DNA of 64,000 bases. Source: an uncultured Verrucomicrobiae bacterium. Its GTDB lineage: Bacteria > Verrucomicrobiota > Verrucomicrobiia > Limisphaerales > Palsa-1400. Location of the stretch: assembly GCA_963702845.1 (NCBI GenBank), contig OY969763.1, positions 2,048,001 to 2,112,000 of the forward strand, written 5' to 3'. Below are positions 10,001-20,589 of the stretch, one piece after another. The notes beneath the pieces were generated by a model. The model was not told the DNA's origin. It saw only the letters and a program-made list of their open reading frames with translations, and did not search any database. The stretch's first letter is position 1, and each line of letters opens with the position of its first letter. A program made the translations under genes and the position numbers.

Positions 10001-10863
10001 TCACGATCACCATCGCCGACGAAGGCCAGCCACGCGTAAGCACGATGTCGCCCGAAGAAATGGCGGCCACCGGTGCGGCGACCGATTGGGATGCCATTTC
10101 GCAACAGGTCGCCGAGTTGCAAAAGAAGCTCGACGAAATGGGCCCGGTAAACCTCGTCGCCATCGACGAATACGAAGAAACCGAGCAGCGCTATCAATTC
10201 CTGACCAAGCAAAACGACGACCTCGTCCAGGCCAAGGTTCAGCTCAGCGAAGTCATCAACCGCATCAACGTCCAGACCCGCGAGATGTTCGTGGAAACAT
10301 TCGAGAAGATTCGGACGAACTTCCGCTCAATGTTCACGGAAATCTTCAGCGGCGGTAAAGCGGACCTGATCCTGCACACCGATGGCGATGTGCTCGAAAG
10401 CGGCATCGACATCGTTGCCCGCCCGCCCGGCAAACAGCTGCAAACGATTTCGTTGCTGTCCGGTGGTGAACAAACTATGACCGCCGTCGCGCTGTTGTTC
10501 TCCATCTATCAGGTCAAGCCCAGCCCGTTCTGCGTGCTGGACGAATTGGACGCGCCGCTCGACGAATCGAACGTCGGTCGCTTCATCAAAGTGTTGCAAC
10601 GATTCCTTGTGCACTCGCAATTCGTCATCATCACCCACAACAAGCGCACAATCTCAATGGCAGACGTGCTCTACGGCGTCACGATGCAGGAGCACGGCGT
10701 GAGCAAGATCGTCGGCGTGAAATTCCACAAATCCGAAGAACCGAAGCCACTGGAGCAATTGACCGATCGCAAACTCGCGCCCGGCGAAGCCCCAGGTGAA
10801 ACTTCAGCTCCGCAGCCCGAAGCTGCGCCGCCGCAGTCGCCCGAAGCGGTCATGGCAAAGTAG
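7082..10863 (+). CDS. smc: Chromosome segregation protein SMC (frameshifts near 7860 and 9000)
   Basis: GFKSF, GPNGCGKSN Walker A, coiled coil, hinge, LSGGE and LDELDAPLD motifs, spread over ORFs 7082-7999, 7785-9068 and 9163-10863. Confidence 0.93.
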
Positions 10864-10913
10864 TCCAACGCGCTTGACCGTAGTGCATGAAATGGGGTAT
10901 TAAAGAGAACGAG

Positions 10914-11828
10914 ATGGGTTTGTTTCCTTGCACTTCGTTGACGCGCTTGAGCGCCGTTTTTCTCACGGCTGTTCTGGGGTTCTGTGCGGTCGAATCGCGC
11001 GCAACGAAAATCGAATTTTCCGTCCCCACGTCAGAAGTCGAAGTTCCGGATTTGCAAAAGGAAATCAAGCAAGACGCGAAATCCGCTTTAAAATCGGAAG
11101 TGTCTTTCAAAGGCGCCGTGAATATTCCTCAGATGGCTGCACCAATTATGGCCGCGCCATCCGACAGTCGTGAGCGCGATCCGTTTTCGACCCCAGACAA
11201 GGATAAGGATAGGGACAAGGATAAGCAGAATCGCTACGGCAGAAGTTCTCAATCGGTTTCATCCGACGATGCGGAATTAGCGAAGAGGAATGCGATGATG
11301 GCCGAGCAAATCAAAGCGGCAAAACCGCTGGAGCAGTTGCGCAGTGAGGATTCGCTTTCCAGTTCGTCATGGCAAGTGAACCGCCGGGTATCCGAACGCG
11401 ATTCGGAAACGATTTCCAGTTCGCGCGAGAAATCGATTGGTTGGTCGACCTTGTTCAAAGAAGCGCAAGACGAACGTGATCGCAGACAACAAACAGCGCG
11501 CATGAACGACTTTCGCGCCCTGTATGGCACGCCCAATTCCATCGCGCCGATTGGAACACCGGCTCCGAATTCAGATCCGGTAAAAGATTCACTTTGGCAC
11601 GAACCCGGCATTAATTCTCATGACGGTCGGACAGAGTTGATGTCGCGTCGCGACGACCCGCAATACAACCAGCAGTTACCAGGTTCTCGCGGGAGCGGTG
11701 ATACATTTGATCCGGGTCCGGCACGTTCGGAATCGCGAGAAAGTCAGGTTGCGCCGGTGCGCCAATTTGAACAGCATCGCGGTGTTCTTGAAATGCCGCA
11801 AAGGCCCGGCGATATACTCAACCGGTGA
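10914..11828 (+). CDS. Secreted low-complexity hypothetical protein
   Basis: Signal-like N-terminus, charged and disordered body; possible promoter TTGACC-N18-TATTAA at 10874-10903. Confidence 0.6.
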   Translation: MGLFPCTSLTRLSAVFLTAVLGFCAVESRATKIEFSVPTSEVEVPDLQKEIKQDAKSALKSEVSFKGAVNIPQMAAPIMAAPSDSRERDPFSTPDKDKDRDKDKQNRYGRSSQSVSSDDAELAKRNAMMAEQIKAAKPLEQLRSEDSLSSSSWQVNRRVSERDSETISSSREKSIGWSTLFKEAQDERDRRQQTARMNDFRALYGTPNSIAPIGTPAPNSDPVKDSLWHEPGINSHDGRTELMSRRDDPQYNQQLPGSRGSGDTFDPGPARSESRESQVAPVRQFEQHRGVLEMPQRPGDILNR

Positions 11829-13007
11829 TCAGAGCCGAATGAATATTTTGCGGCGGTAGAGGAAGCGGACGACGCAAAACATCAAAGCCAGCGCCACAAC
11901 AGCGCGGACAAAATCCCCACTGTGCGACAGGTGCGAGTCGAAAAACTGCTGCACTTCGCCACCGACAAATCTGCCAGCAAGCTTGCGGAACCCAAACGCT
12001 GCTGAGACGAGATAGATGGTGATCGCATTGCTCCCAATCCAGACAAACGGAATCGCCCACTTCTGAATCTTCCAAATCTCGATCACCTGATAAAACACCC
12101 CGAGGAGAATGGCGCTGTAACCGCACGCAACGAGCACATAGGTCGATGTCCAAAGCATTTTAATGATCGGGAAAAATTGGCCCCACGAATAGCCAATCAC
12201 CAGACTGAGCAGCCCGGCACCAATCAACCAGATGGACTTTCGGGTGTCTGTGACCCGCGAATCGGTGATGAGCAGTCCCGCAAAAACGCCGAACAAACAA
12301 TTGGCGACGCTCGGAATCGTGCTGAGGATTGTGCCTTCAAATTTGTTCCCTGGCAGGAAATGCTGATCGATCCAATAGGCGAGATTCAGCCCATGCTCGA
12401 ACGACGGATGATCGACTCCCGGCATCGGAACGAATCGCAAAAGCGCCCAGTATCCCACCAAGCACGCGGCCGAAATGATTGCGAGCGCCTTTGGTCGGAA
12501 GAAACAAAACAGCAACGCGGCAAATAGGTAAGCGGTGCCGATTCGTTGGAGAACTCCGGCCAACCAAAATCCTCCGTAGCCCCACGCCATATATAGAACT
12601 CCAAAAAATACCAGCAGTGTGGAACGCATGATAATCCGACCGATGGTTGCGGCTCGGCCCCGTTCTTCGAGCATTCGCGGAACGGAGAACACGATGGAGA
12701 TTCCGACCATGAAAACGAACAATGGAAAAATCAGATCGTAAAAGTGAAAACCCACCCAATCGACGGGACCCGCCTCTGCCGCGACGACCTTTGGCTCGTC
12801 TGCGGCGTGTTCCATCTGGTCGAACAGGGTGCGCGTTACGACGTTGTCGCTGATTTTATGCAATGAACGAATTAGCTGATCACCCCCGACAATCCAGAAC
12901 ATGTCGAATCCGCGTAGCGCGTCGAGTGAGAGCAAACGCGCGCGGGCAGGGTGAACCGGAGTCGCAGCAGTGGCGACGGGGATGGTCTGGACCGGCTCAG
13001 GGTTCAT
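11829..13007 (-). CDS. HGSNAT/NagX-like (DUF5009) membrane acyltransferase
   Basis: RLLSLDALRGFDM, DLIFPLF.F..G, GVLQRI, EG.LST, PIIK.LWT.TY motifs. Confidence 0.85.
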   Translation of the reverse strand: MNPEPVQTIPVATAATPVHPARARLLSLDALRGFDMFWIVGGDQLIRSLHKISDNVVTRTLFDQMEHAADEPKVVAAEAGPVDWVGFHFYDLIFPLFVFMVGISIVFSVPRMLEERGRAATIGRIIMRSTLLVFFGVLYMAWGYGGFWLAGVLQRIGTAYLFAALLFCFFRPKALAIISAACLVGYWALLRFVPMPGVDHPSFEHGLNLAYWIDQHFLPGNKFEGTILSTIPSVANCLFGVFAGLLITDSRVTDTRKSIWLIGAGLLSLVIGYSWGQFFPIIKMLWTSTYVLVACGYSAILLGVFYQVIEIWKIQKWAIPFVWIGSNAITIYLVSAAFGFRKLAGRFVGGEVQQFFDSHLSHSGDFVRAVVALALMFCVVRFLYRRKIFIRL

Positions 13008-13053
13008 AAACCTGAGTGTAGGCGGAATGCTTGCGAACGCGCAACGACGGCGT

Positions 13054-13998
13054 TCAATGCCGTTTACGCGAACTCATTGCGGCGAGCTGTTTGTAAGCGT
13101 TTTCGTCTGATTGCAAATACGATTCCGGCAAGTAAAACGAAAAACCACGTGTGCTTCGTGTGCTCAAATCAGTAGCGTATTGTTCCAGAGTAACTTTGTG
13201 GTTCTCGCCTTCGCCGGTGAAAGTGGCGATCGTCGGATGGACACGGCCGATGGGCCAACCGGTTTCCTTGACGTAGAAATCGATGCACAAGCTCGGTTGG
13301 TAAACAGCATACGAATTCCAATAAGCTTGAGGCATTGCGTCCCAGCCGGCCTGTATCCACGGCTGCATATCGAGTGCAATGCGGCCTTCACTGGAGAGGG
13401 CGCGGGGGATTTTTGAAACGCCGGCGGCAACGGCGGCTTTTGTAAATGCGTCCACGTAAATGCGGTTCAGAGTAGGGGTTGGATCTGTGGGATTGTAAGA
13501 CTGATAACCGTCTTCGCAATCGGCGATGTAGAATTCGCCGTGGTATTTGGCAGTCAGATTCGCGCCAAGAACGGCGTCGGCCTGAACGATTGGAATTGCG
13601 GCATCGACGGCAGCTTTTTTGCCGTGTTCACCGACTCCGCGAGGGCAGCCCCAAAAACCGACTTTAAAACCAGCAGCTCTCCAGCGGTCCGCCCAACCTT
13701 TTTTGATCGCGTCGATGTTATCGTCGCGTTTATTGCCGGTATTATCGATCTGGAGCGCAATCCATTTCACGCCTGACTTTTTCATCTTATCACCAAAATG
13801 ATCAACCGGCATCGCGTCGGCTGAAGCAACTAAGACACCGGTTTCATCGAAGATGGAATTGCCCGGAAGACGCGACGGGTCCGCATTGGTGGGTTGCGGC
13901 GTCTTTGCTTTCGGTTGAGTGGTCGTTGCGTGCGACTGCACGGCGATTCCAATTGCGAGAATGGATATAAGAAGGGGTAATGGGCAGATGCGCGTCAT
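13054..13998 (-). CDS. Secreted hypothetical protein, possible glycoside-hydrolase-like TIM barrel
   Basis: Signal peptide; alternating beta/alpha pattern, IADCE and MPQAYW motifs. Confidence 0.5.
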   Translation of the reverse strand: MTRICPLPLLISILAIGIAVQSHATTTQPKAKTPQPTNADPSRLPGNSIFDETGVLVASADAMPVDHFGDKMKKSGVKWIALQIDNTGNKRDDNIDAIKKGWADRWRAAGFKVGFWGCPRGVGEHGKKAAVDAAIPIVQADAVLGANLTAKYHGEFYIADCEDGYQSYNPTDPTPTLNRIYVDAFTKAAVAAGVSKIPRALSSEGRIALDMQPWIQAGWDAMPQAYWNSYAVYQPSLCIDFYVKETGWPIGRVHPTIATFTGEGENHKVTLEQYATDLSTRSTRGFSFYLPESYLQSDENAYKQLAAMSSRKRH

Positions 13999-14099
13999 GG
14001 GTTGTTGATGTTCCGCTGTAACATTGTTGCAGATTCAGACGACGCAAGGGTTTTTGGAATTCAATCGCAGTCACTGATTATGACCTGGATCAACAATAT

Positions 14100-14132
14100 A
14101 AAAAAGCCGCGGACCGATTGCGGTCCGCGGCT
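14100..14132 (-). terminator. Rho-independent terminator after the Calx-beta gene
   Basis: Perfect 12-bp stem agccgcggaccg-attg-cggtccgcggct followed by a T-run on the minus strand. Confidence 0.85.
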
Positions 14133-14147
14133 GGAAGACTTCTGAAA

Positions 14148-17069
14148 CTATTGAAGGTTTTCGCGGAAACTGCCGATGATATCGATAAATCCACCGGGCA
14201 CGTTATCGGTGTCTTCGCGAGCGTGAAAATTGAAACGACCGCTCATGCGATGATTTGCCAGATCGATGCCGTCGATTGTGACAGTGCCATAGGTACCAAC
14301 GGTGTCGGAGCCGTTGCCGACCGCATACGAATGGCTGCCGGATAGGCCGCCGTTAATCAGAGCTACCACACCGTGCGACCCTGTGTTGTCCATCGAAACG
14401 ATCCCCAGTTGGAGTGGGTTAACAACAACGGTAAACAGGTGGCTGATAGTCGCTATTCCACTACCGCTTGTCCATGAGCCATTAATCGTAACCCCGGTGC
14501 CGGTTTTCGCGCCAATCACCGAACTTGCGATAGCCGTGAACGCAGCACCACCCACGGTGCCCTTCATCATTGTCGCACCTAAAACTGGCACTGCATTTGG
14601 ATCAGGCTTGTTGGCGATACTGAGCACAGAGGTGCCTTGCGTTCCAATGGTTCCGCCATTGGAAGGGCTGGTCAGGAACAAATTCACGGTTTCGGTAGCT
14701 TCGGTTGTGATGTCCTGGATGAGGCCGACTGTGATCGTCTTGCTGGTTTCAGTTGCTCCGAACGTCAGCGTTTGGGTGGCGTTGCTGTAATCGACGCCGC
14801 TGGTGGCTGTGCCGCCAGTCATCGTGAATTGAACGGTGATGCCGCTCGCGTTTCCGCCGGTGCGTTTCACCATGATGCTGGCGGTGCCGCCTTCCGTGCC
14901 GCTGTAAGTGGCTGCGGAAAAGCTAAAACTACCGGCGACATCGTCATCAGTGATCGTGACGGTGGAGGCGGTGACTTTGCCAAGCTGAACGCCAGACGGA
15001 TTAGACAATTGCACGGAGAAGTTTTCGTTCCCTTCAACGATGGTGTCCTTCAACAGAGGAATCGTGATGGTTTTCGAAGTAAGACCGGCAGTGAACTGCA
15101 GCGTGCCAGACGTCGTAGTGTAATCCGAACCGGCGACGGCTGAACCATTCACGGTGGAGTAGGCGACCGATGCTGCGCTCGTCACAGGACCGGTGCGAAC
15201 GACTTTGACGATGACTGACGCGCTGGATTCGCTGACGACGTAAGCAGCAGTGTCGAATGCGATGCTCGGTTCATCATCAAGGATGGTGATCGTTGCTTGC
15301 GCAATGCTGCCAATGGTACCGCCGCCGCCAGCGTGAGAGAGCGCGATGATGAACTGACGATTACCGTCATGCAGTGCGTTGTCGATGATCGGAATTGTTA
15401 TGGTTTTGGTGGTTTCTTTGGCATCGAACGTCAAAATGCCATTGCCGGCAACGTAATCGGTGCCGGCAATGGCGGTGCCATCGGCGGTTGAGAAACCAAT
15501 CGTTACAGCACTGGCTGTGCCGCCGGTTCGGCTTGCTTTAACGACAAGATTCGTTCCTTTTTCGGAGACAGAATAGGTGGCTGCCGAGAGCGCCATCGAG
15601 CCTGCGAGATCGTCGCTAGTGATATTGACCGTTGCCATGTAATTGGAGCCTAGAATTGCGGGCGCAGTGATATTCTGGAGGTAGACGTAGAATGCCTCGG
15701 GCAATTCGGAAAGGGTGTCGTTGAGGATAGGTATGGTAATGGTTTGGGAAGTTTTTGCGGGAGCGAACACCAAAGTTCCATTTGTCGATGTATAGTCTGA
15801 GCCCGCGTTGGCGGCGCCGTCGGCTGTGTAGAAATCGAGCGAGACCGCGCCCGTGCTGCCGCCTGTGCGCGAAATAGTGAGGGTAACCGATTTGCCGGTT
15901 TCGGTCGCGGTATTGACCACTTTGCTGAATTGGAAAGTTCCGGCTGCAACAGATTCGTTTTCCTTAATCGTCACAACAGCATCACTGCGCACGCCGAGAA
16001 CCGCTCCGCCGGTGACGTTCGACAAATGAACGTTCAGTGTCTTGTTTGAGTTGAGCATCGAGTTGTCGACAATGGCGACATAACCAGTCGCAATGTTTTC
16101 GCCGTCGTTGAAGGTCACAGTGTTAACGAGCCCGGTGTAATCAATTCCGCCTACGGCTGTGCCATCAGAGGTGGAGAAATAAACCGAGACAGAACCCGAG
16201 GTCCCACTGCGCGTTACCGTGATCGGAACAACTCCCGCGCCTTCACTAAACAAATAGCTGCTCGCGCTGAATTCAATGCGTCCATTGGCCGGCGGCGCTG
16301 TTTGCGTGACTACAGGAAATTGCGTTTGTTTAAAATATCCGGCGACCCCAGTAACGTGCGGATAAGCGTTCGTGTTCAACACGGTGCGTTTGAAAAAGCT
16401 GGCGCGGCCTTTGTAAGTATTTCCCCAACTTAGCATGTTTGCTGGCATCACAGCCGCTGTCGCCATGCCGTTCAGCGCGTCTGGTTCCAGGACGAACGGC
16501 GTCGAAAACACCCTGCTCCCGTCTGCATCCGTCACGTCGACGATCACGACGTCGTTTGTTGTTCCACCAGTAAAAGCATCCCACGTGAAAGTGAACGGTT
16601 GATCGGCTTCAATGGTTTGAGCGTCGGTCCAGTTGGCCACGCGCGGCGTTGGCGGATAAGCGTCAGGCGCGAGCGGAAGCACCGGGTGCACCGTGCCGTC
16701 ATTCGCGCCGGCAATCGTAAACGTGTAATTGCCCGAGGCGAAGGCGCGGTCGAGCAAGGTCTTGTTCGTGAATTGTCGTTCTGCAACAAAACCGCTGTCG
16801 AGATTAGACAGTGTTTGGGATGTAGCGTTCGGCGCTTTGACGCTGGCGCTTGTCACGCTGCTAGATGCTGTTGGATCGACGCTCGTCGAAAAGCGAAACG
16901 GAAGGTCGTTTGTGAACGATTGCGCTGCGGCTGCGTTTGTTTGAGTAAACTTTTGACCTTTGGCGACAAAATAATTGTCAACGTCGGCCGCCGCAGCGTT
17001 AATTGTTGGAAGAGCGGCGAAAGTCAGAGAGATGATTACAGTGATTGGGAGCGCTTTTTTGAGAAACAT
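14148..17069 (-). CDS. Secreted protein with five Calx-beta domains
   Basis: Signal peptide; five ~115-aa repeats of the F.a..y.v.E....v.RtGg...v.f.t.dGtA.aG.DY pattern. Confidence 0.85.
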   Translation of the reverse strand: MFLKKALPITVIISLTFAALPTINAAAADVDNYFVAKGQKFTQTNAAAAQSFTNDLPFRFSTSVDPTASSSVTSASVKAPNATSQTLSNLDSGFVAERQFTNKTLLDRAFASGNYTFTIAGANDGTVHPVLPLAPDAYPPTPRVANWTDAQTIEADQPFTFTWDAFTGGTTNDVVIVDVTDADGSRVFSTPFVLEPDALNGMATAAVMPANMLSWGNTYKGRASFFKRTVLNTNAYPHVTGVAGYFKQTQFPVVTQTAPPANGRIEFSASSYLFSEGAGVVPITVTRSGTSGSVSVYFSTSDGTAVGGIDYTGLVNTVTFNDGENIATGYVAIVDNSMLNSNKTLNVHLSNVTGGAVLGVRSDAVVTIKENESVAAGTFQFSKVVNTATETGKSVTLTISRTGGSTGAVSLDFYTADGAANAGSDYTSTNGTLVFAPAKTSQTITIPILNDTLSELPEAFYVYLQNITAPAILGSNYMATVNITSDDLAGSMALSAATYSVSEKGTNLVVKASRTGGTASAVTIGFSTADGTAIAGTDYVAGNGILTFDAKETTKTITIPIIDNALHDGNRQFIIALSHAGGGGTIGSIAQATITILDDEPSIAFDTAAYVVSESSASVIVKVVRTGPVTSAASVAYSTVNGSAVAGSDYTTTSGTLQFTAGLTSKTITIPLLKDTIVEGNENFSVQLSNPSGVQLGKVTASTVTITDDDVAGSFSFSAATYSGTEGGTASIMVKRTGGNASGITVQFTMTGGTATSGVDYSNATQTLTFGATETSKTITVGLIQDITTEATETVNLFLTSPSNGGTIGTQGTSVLSIANKPDPNAVPVLGATMMKGTVGGAAFTAIASSVIGAKTGTGVTINGSWTSGSGIATISHLFTVVVNPLQLGIVSMDNTGSHGVVALINGGLSGSHSYAVGNGSDTVGTYGTVTIDGIDLANHRMSGRFNFHAREDTDNVPGGFIDIIGSFRENLQ

Positions 17070-17184
17070 GGTTGGATTTAGCTTTGGTTGCCGCGCGACA
17101 GTGCCGATGCTTTTAGCTGCTGTCAATCAAAGACGTCGACTTTTTGGGTTGGCGTAAAACACATGTTGCGAGCTTGTCTGGACA

Positions 17185-18214
17185 GTGACAGATTCATCCA
17201 CTGTGTCAGCAGCTAACATTTTGATCGATTCAAGCCAGTTTCCAGAACAGGTCCGTAGCGACTTGCTGGGCTCGTTGCGCTCGCGTCAAATCAATCACAA
17301 GTTTCACTACGATTCATATAAGCAGGCGCAAAAGTGGCTGGCGTTGCACGAGGCTTATTCACCGGCGCGGAACGATGTCGATTGCCTGCGCATTTATGGC
17401 GATGCCTTTCGTAGGGCAATTCACCGCATAAGCGGAAACGTTCACGTCATCGGTTTAGGTTGTGGCGGAGGACAGAAAGAAGCGGCGCTGTTGAAACTGT
17501 TGAAGGAACGTGGTTGTGAGGTCGCGTATTCCCCGAGTGATGTAAGCGTGGCGTTGGTGCTTACCGCTCGAGCGAACGCCTCTGGTCTCGTCGATGATAC
17601 GCAATGTTGGCCGGTAGTTTGTGACCTGGCGCAGTCGATGGATATGGAAAAGTTGTTTGCTCGAAACAGCTCCGATGCTCCTCGCGTGATTACATTTTTC
17701 GGGATGATTCCCAATTTCGAGCCGGATGTAATCTTGCCAAAGTTGCGTTTGTTGTTGCGGGCTGAGGACACCTTGCTGTTTAGCGCGAATCTCGCGCCCG
17801 GCAGAGATTACGCTGAAGGCGTGCGAAAAATCCTTCCGCAGTACGATAATAAGTTAACGAAGGATTGGTTGGTGACGTTGCTGTTGGATTTGGGCATCGA
17901 GCAGAGAGATGGCGATGTCGTGTTTTCGATCGAGGACACGAACGAACGGTCACAAACGTCTGGTTGCGGATTTTGTTTTTAGTAATGCGCGCGAGATTCG
18001 ACTCGGGAACGACCGGTTTGCGTTCAAAACAGGCGACAGAGTGCGGTTGTTTTTCTCGTATCGATATCAACCGGCGCACATTGTTGCGCTATTGGAAGGC
18101 CAGGGAATTGAGGTGCTTGATCAGTGGGTAACGGTATCACAAGAAGAAGGGGTGTTTTTGTGCCGGTTGTCAGACGGCGCGCGCGGAGCAACGCGCCTAC
18201 CTAGAAGGCTTTAA
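17185..18214 (+). CDS. EgtD-like (Methyltransf_33) SAM-dependent methyltransferase, frameshift near 17945
   Basis: HKFHYD (compare EgtD PKxFYD), VIGLGCGGGQKE, FFGMIPNF, PQYDN; the C-terminus continues in ORF 17909-18214 (FFSYRY). Confidence 0.7.
18176..18200 (-). repeat. GTAG-type REP-like hairpin
   Basis: Minus strand reads GTAGGCGCGTTGCTCCGCGCGCGCC: a GTAG tetramer at the foot of a GGCGCG/CGCGCC stem, at a convergent gene junction. Confidence 0.5.
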
Positions 18215-19088
18215 GCGTGTCCAATACGGCGCGAGTGCGGGGGACTTCGTGAGTTCGAAATAAATCAGTTTTCCCTAGGGCTGCGAGCACGGCAAAGAAT
18301 GGTTCTGCGCAGCGCACTTCTTCACGGAAATATTCGAATGCATGCGGCAAGGCGTGACAGACCGGATAGCCAAGTGAGCGCAGACGGAAGGTGTTCAGGA
18401 ACACGTTCATTTGATGGCGCACGCGAACGGCGCTGTCCTGGAGGTTGCGGTAGTAGAAGCCGAGGCCGGGGTCGATGAAGATTTTTTTGACTCCGCACTT
18501 TTCGGCTAGTTCGATCTGTCGCGAAAAATACTCGTGCATCATCTCAGTGGAATCTGCAGAGAAATCAAAATCGGCGACTTCGCGGACGTTTGCGCCTTGC
18601 ACGTAGCAGATAATGACTGCGGCGTCGTGTGCGGCGGTCATGCGATAAATTTCATCAGAGTCGAGGGAGCCGGTCAGGTTGATCACGTCGGCGCCTAGTT
18701 CAAGACAGGTGCGTGCCACTTCCGGTTGATACGTTTCGATGGAGACGAGGTGTTTGCCGGCCTTGAGCTGTTTTAGGACCGGGAGGAGTTTGCTTTGTTG
18801 TAAGGCGGAATCGAGTCGCGCAGCGTGGGAGAGGGTGGACTCGGCACCGACGTCGATGATTTGTGAGCCTTGCGCACGCATCGTGTCCGCACGTTGCGCG
18901 GAAGATTCGGTGGTCAGGCAGACGCTTTCGCGATACCAGGAGTCCGGAGACAGGTTGACGACACCCATGATCGCCGGTTGGGAGTTGAACGCGAATGGCT
19001 GGTTGCCGATGGAGAACTCTCGGACGCGGGCGGCAGCCGCGGTGCGGTTTTTCTCGAGTAGATCAGCGAGGTATTCGAGCGTCAGCAT
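18201..19088 (-). CDS. Divergent dihydropteroate-synthase-like pterin-binding protein
   Basis: MGVVNLSPDS, IIDVGAEST, IDPGLGF and RTHEV match the FolP fold; the SRK motif is absent. Confidence 0.8.
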   Translation of the reverse strand: MLTLEYLADLLEKNRTAAAARVREFSIGNQPFAFNSQPAIMGVVNLSPDSWYRESVCLTTESSAQRADTMRAQGSQIIDVGAESTLSHAARLDSALQQSKLLPVLKQLKAGKHLVSIETYQPEVARTCLELGADVINLTGSLDSDEIYRMTAAHDAAVIICYVQGANVREVADFDFSADSTEMMHEYFSRQIELAEKCGVKKIFIDPGLGFYYRNLQDSAVRVRHQMNVFLNTFRLRSLGYPVCHALPHAFEYFREEVRCAEPFFAVLAALGKTDLFRTHEVPRTRAVLDTLKAF

Positions 19089-19172
19089 GGAAATTATTTA
19101 ACCGCAAAGAACGCATAGATACAAAGAATAGAAAGTGCATTCTGTCTGCGCTCAATCTATCTCTCTGGCGAA

Positions 19173-20585
19173 TTAATGTTTTGCGTTTGCCGTTTGCCAG
19201 CCGCCGCCGAGAGCGCGGTAAAGTTGGACGGCGGCGAGGTATTGGTTGAGGCGGTTCTGCAACAGGGCGCGTTCGGTGGGGAAAAGCTGTTGCTGCTGCT
19301 GCAGAACTTCGTAGTAGTTGGATTTGCCGAGGCGATAGCGTTCCAATGCAAGGCGCAGGGCTTCTTTGTAGGCGTCCACGGCACGAGCCTGGGCGACGGC
19401 GGCTTCCGCGGATTTTTGACGAGCGATCAAGGAGTTTGAGACATCCTGAAAGGCGCGCACGATTGTGTATTGATATTGCACAGCGGCCTGGTTGCGGATG
19501 TCTAGCGTCTCCCGATGACGAGCTCGCAAGCGGCCCCCCTGGAAAATCGGGCCGGTCACGCTCGCGCCCACGGACCATGCGAAACCTGCGCCGCCGGTGA
19601 ATGAAGACAAGTTCGTGCTGGCTTGTCCGATCAAACTGGTGAGATTTAGATTTGGGAAGAAATCGGCGACAGCGACGCCGACCTGGGCGTTGGCGGCACG
19701 GAGTTGAAATTCAGCGGTGCGAATGTCGGGGCGACGTTCAAGCAATGAGGACGGGAGGCCGGGGGGAACTTCTGGAGGTGCTTCAGCGTTCCAATTTGAA
19801 GTGCGAGCGATCGGGCCGGGGTTTTGGCCGATGAGAACACTAATAAGATTTTCTTCGAAAAAGATTTGTTGTTCGAGTGCGGGAATCAACGCGGCGTTGG
19901 CATCGAGCAGCGCTTGCGCGGCCATAGTCTCAAGTTTTGTTCCGATGCCGCCAGTCAGACGTCGAGTGAAAATGCGCGCGCTCTCCGCAAATGAATTCGT
20001 CGTGTCGCGGGCAATTTGAAGATCGCGGTCAAGAGCAACGAGTTGAAGGTAATTTGCCGCAACCTGGGCGATCAGTGAGACCGTGATGTCGTGGCGCGCC
20101 TCGTCGGTGGCGAGGTATTGTGCGCGCGCTTCTTCGGTCAGGCGGCGAACACGTCCCCAGACGTCGATTTCCCACGAGAGGTTGGCGTCGGCACCAAGAA
20201 AGCCGACGGTGTGCGCGGTTGGCGTGATGGAATTGCCGACTCCAATAGCATTCTTACCTTTGGCGGCCGCGCCGATGTAATTGATTTGCGGGAAAAGACC
20301 GGCGCGATTTTCGGCGATGATTTCGCGCGCCTGCTCAACTCGTGCGACAGCGATGCGCAAGTCGTAGTTATTGGTGAGCGCGATGCAGATGAGATGTTGC
20401 AGTTGCTCGTCGTGGAACACTTTCCACCACGGCAGATCGCCGAAGGAGTTGGTGACGGTTTCGGTTGAACCGCGAAATGTTGCCGGAGTGTTAACCTTCG
20501 GACGTTTGTAATCAGGACCGACGGCACAACCCCCAATGAGTAGCAACGCGAACAGGAACTGGATATAGCGGGATTTCATCTTCAA
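19173..20585 (-). CDS. RND efflux outer-membrane lipoprotein (NodT/OprM family)
   Basis: Lipobox GGC, GPDYKRP, PSSLLERRPDI, LYRALGGGW. Confidence 0.92.
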   Translation of the reverse strand: MKMKSRYIQFLFALLLIGGCAVGPDYKRPKVNTPATFRGSTETVTNSFGDLPWWKVFHDEQLQHLICIALTNNYDLRIAVARVEQAREIIAENRAGLFPQINYIGAAAKGKNAIGVGNSITPTAHTVGFLGADANLSWEIDVWGRVRRLTEEARAQYLATDEARHDITVSLIAQVAANYLQLVALDRDLQIARDTTNSFAESARIFTRRLTGGIGTKLETMAAQALLDANAALIPALEQQIFFEENLISVLIGQNPGPIARTSNWNAEAPPEVPPGLPSSLLERRPDIRTAEFQLRAANAQVGVAVADFFPNLNLTSLIGQASTNLSSFTGGAGFAWSVGASVTGPIFQGGRLRARHRETLDIRNQAAVQYQYTIVRAFQDVSNSLIARQKSAEAAVAQARAVDAYKEALRLALERYRLGKSNYYEVLQQQQQLFPTERALLQNRLNQYLAAVQLYRALGGGWQTANAKH

Positions 20586-20589
20586 GGTC

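Noticed and set aside
11195..11230. DKDKDRDKDK repeat
   Set aside because: Ordinary low-complexity coding sequence.
19099..19172. Intergenic aaccgcaaagaacgca... stretch as an ncRNA
   Set aside because: Short imperfect low-complexity repeat with weak pairing; not enough support.
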